This document shows, piece by piece, positions 39,738 to 46,899 of a DNA stretch of 64,000 nt. Each line of letters opens with the position of its first letter. Within the stretch, counting starts at the first letter, position 1. Source of the stretch: Eubacteriales bacterium (GTDB lineage: Bacteria > Bacillota > Clostridia > Christensenellales > Aristaeellaceae); assembly GCA_028705775.1 (NCBI GenBank), contig JAQWCW010000003.1, positions 14,239 to 78,238 of the forward strand. Reading direction: 5' to 3'. Position numbers and translations under genes: made by a program. The notes beneath the pieces are model-generated. The model was not told where the DNA came from, did no database searches, and saw nothing but the letters and a program-made list of their open reading frames with translations.

Positions 39738-41156
39738 TCACTCCGCCGTAAACACGGCGTCCGCCGTTTCGGGCTGCGCCTGCGCGGATTTCATTCCCGA
39801 TGCGTCCGAGCCGATATAGGTAATCTTTATCGGCAGCGCAAGCGTTCCGACGCCCGCGCCGGACGCGTCAGCCGCAAGCGTGAAGTCGGCAGCCTTTAGC
39901 TTATCGAGCCAAAGCTGCTCGCCCGTTACAAGCAAATCGCAGCGCCTGAGCTGAAGATTCGCGGAAAGCCCGTCGGGGACGTTCTCAACTCCGAGAGGGA
40001 TGTTCTTAAGCAGCTTTGTAGAAATAATCGGCTCGATTACAACGGAAACGACAATCCTGCGCGTGCTTGCGTAAACGGCGCCGTCCGGAACGTTAATCGG
40101 AACTGTCGCAAGGAAGCTCCTGTCGCGCCCCGAAATATCAACGGCAGCCGCAGAGAAGATTTCTTTGGTAAGTATTATCGCGTTTTCGTCGCCCGCAACA
40201 AGCACCGTTTCCGGCACGACGTTTACGGAGGCAAGCCGATAGCCCGCGGCAGGCTCGCCCGTTATGTTGACCTCGCCCGAAACGCCGATTCGCGCAAGCT
40301 CGTAAATCCTTACGGAAACGGTAGCGCTGTCAAGCGTAAGGGAATCGCTCGTCATCCTTATATCCGAGGAATCAATGAGCATCCCCGACTGGTCGTAGAG
40401 CATAATCGGAAGCGCAAGACTCTGCTCCTTTTCGTCAACGGAAAGCGTACTCAAGTCAAGCGTAACCTTCGCGGAGCGCACCTGCGAAATAAGGCTTCTA
40501 GCGCCGCTTATATTGATTGTGGAGGGGTCAACGCTCGCCGCGTCAGCCCAGTAGCCGTCCTGAAGCTCGCCCTCTGTTCTTACTGAAAGCGGAATGCGGT
40601 AGCGCGTGACATATTCGTCCACAACAACGTCAACGCTCGCGGGGCTTACGGACGATACCGCGCCGTATACGCTTGAGTTGGTATAGCTGATAGGAACGGA
40701 CTGAGCGCCCGCCTGCGTTACCCTTGATAAATCGACCCTCGCGTAATACGTGGAAGCCGCCGCCGCGCCGTACTGAAGCTGCGGAACGTCCGCGCTCAGC
40801 TTGATTTCCGGCAGCTCGTCAAGATTGCTCACAACGACGTACCCCCTCGTCTTGAGCGTATCCTGCCCGACGACGGAAAGCTGAACGTCATTGAAGGTTT
40901 TTTCGCGCGTCATGGACGGGTCCTGCGAAATAAGCACAGACCAGATTATAACCGCAACGAAAAGGGAGCAGATTTTCCACTGCCAGTTGTGCGAAAGCAG
41001 CTTGCCGAAAAGGTGCAGCGCTTCCTTGACGCTCAGCTTCTCGCGCTGTTTTTCCGGCTGCGCGCCGTTTTGCGTTTTTCTTGCCTCTCCGCGCGCGTCC
41101 GCCCTCTGGCGCGCCGACTTGCGCGCCTTCTTTTTCTTGTTTACGGCTGTACTCAT
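39738..41156 (-). CDS. cdaR: YbbR-domain protein, CdaR-type regulator of diadenylate cyclase
   Basis: 472 aa. Basic N-terminus plus a single TM, followed by repeated beta-rich YbbR-like modules. 4-nt overlap with cdaA, which is the canonical position. Assignment rests partly on synteny. Confidence 0.7.
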   Translation of the reverse strand: MSTAVNKKKKARKSARQRADARGEARKTQNGAQPEKQREKLSVKEALHLFGKLLSHNWQWKICSLFVAVIIWSVLISQDPSMTREKTFNDVQLSVVGQDTLKTRGYVVVSNLDELPEIKLSADVPQLQYGAAAASTYYARVDLSRVTQAGAQSVPISYTNSSVYGAVSSVSPASVDVVVDEYVTRYRIPLSVRTEGELQDGYWADAASVDPSTINISGARSLISQVRSAKVTLDLSTLSVDEKEQSLALPIMLYDQSGMLIDSSDIRMTSDSLTLDSATVSVRIYELARIGVSGEVNITGEPAAGYRLASVNVVPETVLVAGDENAIILTKEIFSAAAVDISGRDRSFLATVPINVPDGAVYASTRRIVVSVVIEPIISTKLLKNIPLGVENVPDGLSANLQLRRCDLLVTGEQLWLDKLKAADFTLAADASGAGVGTLALPIKITYIGSDASGMKSAQAQPETADAVFTAE

Positions 41157-42007
41157 TTGCTCCTCCTCCTTCCGCGCGTTCTCTCAAGCACCGTTTGGAG
41201 GAAGCTTTCGTTCTTCTTTGTGTATATAGTGCCAAGCACGTCCTCGATGCCCGTTCCGTCAAGCCCCCTGTAAAGCTTGCCGTCCTTGGCGTAGGAGATT
41301 GTTCCGGTTTCCTCGGAAACGACCATGATAATCGCGTCGCTGTTTTCGCTCATTCCGATTGCGGCGCGGTGGCGCGTTCCAAGCTCAAGATTCAGCCCCT
41401 TGTTATCGGTCAGCGTGAGCAGGCAGGCGGCGGCGACAACCCTGTTGCCGCGCACGATTACAGCGCCGTCATGCAGCGGAGTGTTCGGCTCGAATATGTT
41501 TTCAAGCAGCGGGCAGCTCACAAACGCGTCAATCGGCGTTCCCGAATCAATGATTTCCTTTATATGCAGCTGCTGCTCGAACACTATCAGCGCGCCGACA
41601 TGGCGCTTTGAAAGATTGAGCAGGCACTGGCGGATTTCCGAAATAACCCTTGTTGAGTCGAGCAGATTATCCGTCCCCGCGATTCCCATAATATGCCCGC
41701 GCCCAATCTGCTCAAGAGCGCGCCGCAGCTCCGGCTGAAACAGGATTACCAACACGACTGCGCCGTTGTTGACTACGTTTCTCAAAACCCAGTTAAGCGC
41801 GGTAAGCCCAAGGAAATCGCTTATCCAGCTTGCGAGCAGCAGGATAACAAGCCCCTTTAAGACCTGCGAGGCGCGCGTTTCACGCGTCAGCATAAGCAGG
41901 CTGTATATAAGGAAGGCGACAATCAGAATGTCGATTATGTCCGTTATCTTCGGGCGGTTGAGTATGTTCCACAGAATGGAAGAAGCCTGCTCCCATATCG
42001 TATTCAA
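41153..42007 (-). CDS. cdaA: membrane diadenylate cyclase CdaA (c-di-AMP synthase)
   Basis: Three N-terminal TM segments. DAC-domain blocks GALIVFE, LHDGAVIV, RHRAAIGMSE, SEETGTIS. TTG start at 42007 preceded by a GGAGG RBS. Confidence 0.9.
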   Translation of the reverse strand: MNTIWEQASSILWNILNRPKITDIIDILIVAFLIYSLLMLTRETRASQVLKGLVILLLASWISDFLGLTALNWVLRNVVNNGAVVLVILFQPELRRALEQIGRGHIMGIAGTDNLLDSTRVISEIRQCLLNLSKRHVGALIVFEQQLHIKEIIDSGTPIDAFVSCPLLENIFEPNTPLHDGAVIVRGNRVVAAACLLTLTDNKGLNLELGTRHRAAIGMSENSDAIIMVVSEETGTISYAKDGKLYRGLDGTGIEDVLGTIYTKKNESFLQTVLERTRGRRRSK

Positions 42008-42479
42008 GCTTGGGAACCTCCGCTCTTCATAAATTCTTTATCGGCGCATTCCGCGCGTATTGCGGCGCGGCGGCGATATACGCCTCTTCATCATAAAGTA
42101 TACATCATCTTGCGCCTTATGGCAAAGCGGGAAAAGGGAAAATCGCTGATTTTCTTTATAAAAATCTGCGTTTGTCACAGGTCAGGGGTGAAGCGGCTGC
42201 CGCCGGTAAGTCCGCCATAGTATTAAACGGGATTTGCGGCGTTATTAGTCCATAGATTGCAAAGGTTTCAACGCATATTTTTCGGAGAGGATTTCAGTTA
42301 TCGCCGCGTCCTCAGTCTTTGGCAAGGAGGTTTCCGCATATGGCAGCGGTTTCCCTACCGGAAAGCAGGAAGAACCATTCGGGGCAGAGCGCCCGCAAAA
42401 GCGCCTTATTGTCAAACGGCGCGTCCTCTGCTATACTTGCGGTAAGGCTTTCAATACTTTTGCAAAGGCGGCGCGTAAC

Positions 42480-43100
42480 ATGGCGCATGAGAATTTTATA
42501 ATCGGAATTGCGGGCGGAAGCGGCTCGGGCAAAACCACCTTCGCGAAGCGCTTGGGCGATTCCTACGAGGGCAAGGTTTCCACAATCAGCTGCGATAACT
42601 ACTATCGCGCGCAGGACGATATTCCGCTTGAGAAGCGCAAAACGCGGAATTACGACTCGCCGGAGGCGTTCGATTTCGACCTTATGTTCAGGCAGCTCAG
42701 CGCCCTCAAGCGCGGCGAGGATATGGAATGCCCCGTATACGACTATGTAAAGCATACGCGGAGCAGCGAAACCGTAACGGTCAAAAGCAATCCGGTAATA
42801 ATCATTGACGGAATCCTCCTGTTCACGGATGAGCGCCTACGCGGGCTGATTGACCTGAAAATATACGTTGAAACGGACGCGGACGAGCGGATTATAAGGC
42901 GAATCGACCGCGATATCCGCGAGCGCGGAAGGACGATGGACAGCGTTGTAAGCCAGTATCTTGCAACGGTAAAGCCGATGCACAACGAGTTCGTCGAGCC
43001 TACGAAGCGCTATGCGGACATAATAATAAACGGCGGGCTGGGCGAGGCGGCGTTCATGGTCGTTTCGTCGGCAATGGAAAGAATTATCAGCGGAGTATGA
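42480..43100 (+). CDS. udk: uridine kinase
   Basis: P-loop IAGGSGSGKTT. Blocks NYDSPEAFDFDL, VIIIDGILLF and DADERIIRRIDRDIRERGR. Confidence 0.9.
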   Translation: MAHENFIIGIAGGSGSGKTTFAKRLGDSYEGKVSTISCDNYYRAQDDIPLEKRKTRNYDSPEAFDFDLMFRQLSALKRGEDMECPVYDYVKHTRSSETVTVKSNPVIIIDGILLFTDERLRGLIDLKIYVETDADERIIRRIDRDIRERGRTMDSVVSQYLATVKPMHNEFVEPTKRYADIIINGGLGEAAFMVVSSAMERIISGV

Positions 43101-43122
43101 CGCGTCAGACCGCGCCCGCGTC

Positions 43123-43151
43123 TTGAATATTTATGGGCGCTGTGCTATACT
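43123..43151 (+). promoter_or_regulatory. candidate sigma-A promoter for the BMP lipoprotein gene
   Basis: TTGAAT, 17 nt spacer, TATACT, with TG at the -15/-14 positions. Confidence 0.45.
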
Positions 43152-43213
43152 TAGTGCGTTGCTTGGATAGGTACTCTCTTATAAAAGAGAGACAAAAATA
43201 AGGAGGAAAACAC

Positions 43214-44329
43214 ATGAAGAAGCTTTTGGCAATTCTTCTCGCGATGGCTATGCTGCTCGGCGCGTCCTGCGCTTTTGCGGAAACCATCAATCCCGATGAC
43301 ATTGAGGACAATATGACCTCAACCGACGGTAAGTTCGAGCTTGCGTTCGTAACCGACGTCGGACAGCTGAAGGACAAGTCCTTCAACCAGGGCACTTGGA
43401 ACGGCGTCAAGGCTTACGCCGCCGCCAACAGCATGAGCTATAAGTATTATCAGCCCGCCAACGGCGATCAGGCGACTGATGACGACCGTTACGACGCCAT
43501 GAAGGCTGCCGCCGACGGCGGAGCGAGGGTTGTTGTAGCCGCAGGCTTCCTGCAGGCTTCCGCTCTCACCAAGGCTGCTGTTGATTATCCGGACTGCAAG
43601 TTCGTATTCATCGACGGCTGGACGCTTACCGACGCTGACGGAAAAGCTCTGCCCAACGTAACCGCTATCGCCTTCCAGGAAGAGCAGTGCGGCTACTTCG
43701 CCGGCTATGCCGTAGTCAAGAATGGTCTGACCAAGCTTGGCTTCTGCGGCGGTGGCGGCGGAACCAATCCCGCTTGCTGCCGTTACGGCTACGGCTTCGT
43801 TCAGGGCGCTAACGCTGCCGCTGCCGAGCTGGGCGTACAGGTAGAAATGAACTATTCTTGGCTCTACGGCGCGAGCTACTCCAACTCCCCTGAGCTTCAG
43901 ACCATGGCTAACGGCTGGTACGAGAACGGCACCGAGGCTATCTTTGCCTGCGGCGGCTCAATGTTCGCTTCCATCACCGCTGCCGCCGCTGAGAACGATA
44001 CCTTCGTAATCGGCGTTGACACTGACCAGTCCTTTGAGTCTGAAACCGTTATCACCTCCGCTATGAAGGGCATCGGCGAAGCTGCGCAGTGGGCCATCAC
44101 CCACTTCTACGCCGGCACTTGGGACGAAATCGGCGGAACCACCGTTAACCTCGGCGTTAACGACGGCGCTGTCGGACTCCCGACCGATACTTGGAGCCTC
44201 CAGAACTTCACCGTTGACCAGTACAACACCGTTCTCGACGCTGTCAAGGCAGGCACTCTCGTAGTCGAAAGCGACTACACCGTAATGCCCACCGAATACA
44301 GCAACCTCAAGCTGAACATCGTTGAGTAA
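43214..44329 (+). CDS. BMP family (PnrA/Med-like) ABC transporter substrate-binding lipoprotein, probably nucleoside-binding
   Basis: Lipoprotein signal AMLLGASC. Blocks FVTDVGQLKDKSFNQGTWNG and VVAAGF typical of the BMP family. AAGGAGGAAAA RBS. Confidence 0.85.
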   Translation: MKKLLAILLAMAMLLGASCAFAETINPDDIEDNMTSTDGKFELAFVTDVGQLKDKSFNQGTWNGVKAYAAANSMSYKYYQPANGDQATDDDRYDAMKAAADGGARVVVAAGFLQASALTKAAVDYPDCKFVFIDGWTLTDADGKALPNVTAIAFQEEQCGYFAGYAVVKNGLTKLGFCGGGGGTNPACCRYGYGFVQGANAAAAELGVQVEMNYSWLYGASYSNSPELQTMANGWYENGTEAIFACGGSMFASITAAAAENDTFVIGVDTDQSFESETVITSAMKGIGEAAQWAITHFYAGTWDEIGGTTVNLGVNDGAVGLPTDTWSLQNFTVDQYNTVLDAVKAGTLVVESDYTVMPTEYSNLKLNIVE

Positions 44330-44460
44330 TTGACGGCTGAGTTCATCGCTGAGAATTCTTCGTTGAGTTATCACCGCTGAATCCTCATCGCAGAGCAATC
44401 ATTTCTGAGTAATAACAGCTGTATGGAATATACGTAAGCGTTTCCATATGCTAAAAACTC

Positions 44461-44495
44461 CCGCCCTCCCGCGAAATCGGGAGGGCGGTTTTGTT
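44461..44495 (+). terminator. intrinsic terminator downstream of the BMP lipoprotein gene
   Basis: Stem CCGCCCTCCCG/CGGGAGGGCGG, 6-nt loop, then TTTTGTT. Confidence 0.8.
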
Positions 44496-44609
44496 GCGCG
44501 GAAAGCATAAGAAGCGAGGAGTGATATAGGAATGAGTATATGCTGTAAGGCTTAACGGCAGACAGCAGCGGCATGGAACGCACACACGGTTCCATCCGTT
44601 CCAAAACTC

Positions 44610-44642
44610 CCGCCCTCCCGTGAAATCGGGAGGGCGGTTTTG
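44610..44642 (+). terminator. second, near-identical copy of the same intrinsic terminator
   Basis: Same 11-bp stem with loop TGAAAT, then TTTTG. Confidence 0.7.
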
Positions 44643-44664
44643 AAGTTCGATAGCGTTATATCAT

Positions 44665-44869
44665 AAACAGACTGTAGCCACAGTCTGTTTACCAAAGAAA
44701 GGCTCCCTTGTGCAAAGGGAGCTGGCACGAAGTGCCTGAGGGATTGTATGAAAGGCTTGATATATAAGGATTTACGCCTGTTATTCAAAAACATTTTTGC
44801 GAGAATCCCAACGACAATCCTTCCGTCACGGCTATGCCGTGCCACCTGTTCTTGCACAAGGGAGGCTTA
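44665..44869 (+). repeat. interspersed composite repeat, copy c (best preserved)
   Basis: Hairpin AAACAGACTGTAGCCACAGTCTGTTT at 44665-44690. Unit A (inverted) at about 44701-44747. Spacer CTTGATATATAAGGATTTACGCCTGTTATTCAAAAACATTTTTGCGAGAA. Unit B at about 44811-44869. Confidence 0.8.
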
Positions 44870-44943
44870 ATCCGGTATCGTTGCCGTACTGATAAAACAG
44901 CCTCTTGTCGCTTTGCGTTTGCTCCGCGCTGCCGCTGCAATCG

Positions 44944-46632
44944 TCAGCAGCTTCTGCTCTTCTTAAGGGTGCGCTTGCTGCAATACATCAGGGTATCGAC
45001 GCGCCTGATGAATTCAAGGAAGCTGCCGTCCTGCGCGGAGTAGCTGCCGAAGCCGATTGCGAGGCTGAGCGGCATTGAGAGCGCCCTGCCGCGCTCGCGC
45101 GCCTCTTTTGCGATACGCTCTGCCAGCTCGCGGGTTTTGAGGTCGTTATAATCGGGCAGGAGAATTACGAATTCGTCGCCGCCGGTTCTGAAGCACATTG
45201 CCGAGGCGGGCGCAAGCTCACGCAGCATTTTTCCCGTTTCCTGAACAGCCGTGTCGCCCGCGTTATGCCCGTAGGTGTCGTTTATCAGCTTCAAATCGTT
45301 AATATCCAGAACGATGGAGCAGAAGCTGCTCTTATCCTTGCTCTTTTCGATTTCGGAAAGCTCATACTCATAGGCGTTTCGGTTGCCTATGCCCGTCAGC
45401 GAATCGCGGTACGCCATATCGCGGAGCAGCGCAGACTCAAGCGAGGCGCGGTACAGCCTGAAGAAATCGCGTATATAGCCGCAGAATTCGATAATCACGA
45501 ACGTCGATACGCCGAGTGAGAACCAAAAGCTGTTATTGAAGGAGGGCAGCTTTACATAGATAAGCACAATGTCGGCAATTCCACCGGCTATCATCGGAAG
45601 CGCTTCAAGAAGCTTTTTCGGCAGGCGCGGCTTATTCTTGTTTGTTACAAGCAGGTAAACCGTTAGGACTATGATTGAAATCACGATTATTCCATGCGTA
45701 TAGGGAACCATCGAGCGAAGGCTTACAAGCCCCATGGCGTTGAGCAGGGTTTGGACAACGAAGTTTGCGGCGCATATGAGCATGACCGCCGCAGGCATAC
45801 GCTTTGAACTGCCGCTTTCATCATCGGTAAGCAGACCGATAAGCGGCATGGGAAGCAGCGTAAGCAGCGTCAATGTAAACGAGGAGAGCGCAAAGCCGTT
45901 CGGGCAGAGCATCTGCGCAAACGAGGTTTCGCAGAACACATAGAGCGCAAACAGAATTGCGAAAAGCGCGGCAAACACAGTCGCTGGCCCGAGCGACAGC
46001 TGCTTTCTGAATACAAGGTGAAGGATAATCAGCCCGATTCCCAGCACGAGCATACAGCCCGAAAGCACGATTGACAGAAGGCTTATGTAAACCGCGCTTT
46101 TCAGAATCGTCGCCTTTGAGCCGAGGAGCGGCGGTTTTATAAGATAGCTTATGCTGTTTCCGAGCTGACCGCGGAGCTTTATTGTAAGCGTTTTGCCGTC
46201 AAGGTCGTCGAGGATTCTTACAAAGTGATAGGTGTTGCCCGTAGAGCCGATGAACGCGGAGGTTTTCGACGCAAAGTCATATATTGTTTCCCCGTCAATC
46301 GCAACCGAAACATCGACATAATTGGAATAGAAGCAAAGCGCGGGCGAGGAAAGCAGACCCTTCTCGTTTTTTAGCGTTCGCGTAAGGGTGTACTCGCCGT
46401 TAACTCCGTAGTCAACCGTCAGCGGAAGCTTGACCTGCTGCGGCTCGCCTATATCCGCAGTCAGCGTCCAGCCGTCGTCCAGCGTTATAACCGTTTCGGA
46501 AAACGAGTACAGATTATCCTGCGGAAAAACAGACAGCGCAAGCGAAAGCAGCAGAACCATACATACGCAGAAGCACAGGGTCATGCGCAAAAATACAGTT
46601 GATGAAAACAGCCTGCCGTTGTGACCGCTCAT
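44944..46632 (-). CDS. membrane sensor diguanylate cyclase (extracytoplasmic domain, multi-TM region, GGDEF)
   Basis: 562 aa. Signal/TM, an extracellular domain of about 150 aa, about 7 TM helices, then C-terminal DSLTGIGNR..DINDLKLINDTYGH..RTGGDEF. Confidence 0.85.
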   Translation of the reverse strand: MSGHNGRLFSSTVFLRMTLCFCVCMVLLLSLALSVFPQDNLYSFSETVITLDDGWTLTADIGEPQQVKLPLTVDYGVNGEYTLTRTLKNEKGLLSSPALCFYSNYVDVSVAIDGETIYDFASKTSAFIGSTGNTYHFVRILDDLDGKTLTIKLRGQLGNSISYLIKPPLLGSKATILKSAVYISLLSIVLSGCMLVLGIGLIILHLVFRKQLSLGPATVFAALFAILFALYVFCETSFAQMLCPNGFALSSFTLTLLTLLPMPLIGLLTDDESGSSKRMPAAVMLICAANFVVQTLLNAMGLVSLRSMVPYTHGIIVISIIVLTVYLLVTNKNKPRLPKKLLEALPMIAGGIADIVLIYVKLPSFNNSFWFSLGVSTFVIIEFCGYIRDFFRLYRASLESALLRDMAYRDSLTGIGNRNAYEYELSEIEKSKDKSSFCSIVLDINDLKLINDTYGHNAGDTAVQETGKMLRELAPASAMCFRTGGDEFVILLPDYNDLKTRELAERIAKEARERGRALSMPLSLAIGFGSYSAQDGSFLEFIRRVDTLMYCSKRTLKKSRSC

Positions 46633-46830
46633 TTGTATCGCCTCACATACGCCGCGTGCGCGGTTTATCGATAGTTTTATTCGCTTATCCGGAGTTAAAA
46701 TTGACCTATACTTATTCTACCATAATTCTGCCGTAAAGCAAGCAATATTCGGAAATATTTTTGACGGAGCGCCAAGCTTTCAAAAAGCGCCTGAAAAGCC
46801 GCGCTTTAGCTCCGGCTGAAAAAGCGCACG

Positions 46831-46870
46831 AAAAAGCCGCCGCGGGCGTTTTTGCGCTTCGCGGCGGCTC
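46831..46870 (-). terminator. intrinsic terminator downstream of the CE15-like esterase gene
   Basis: Minus-strand stem GCCGCCGCG/CGCGGCGGC followed by TTTTT. Confidence 0.65.
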
Positions 46871-46899
46871 TTGATTGATATTGGTTTTTCGGTTTACTC

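Noticed and set aside
38218-39819. 533-aa plus-strand ORF with an RRYIRTRHRQAV-type repeat.
   Set aside because: It is antisense to the membrane repeat protein. Its repeats are just the reverse-frame reading of the 36-bp tandem units. The minus-strand gene has an RBS, TM helices and operon context.
42312-42755. 147-aa minus-strand ORF overlapping the udk start region.
   Set aside because: Most of it is antisense to the well-supported uridine kinase gene. The non-overlapping 5'-proximal tail (about 58 codons) has no RBS or motif. A small gene there cannot be excluded, but I cannot support one.
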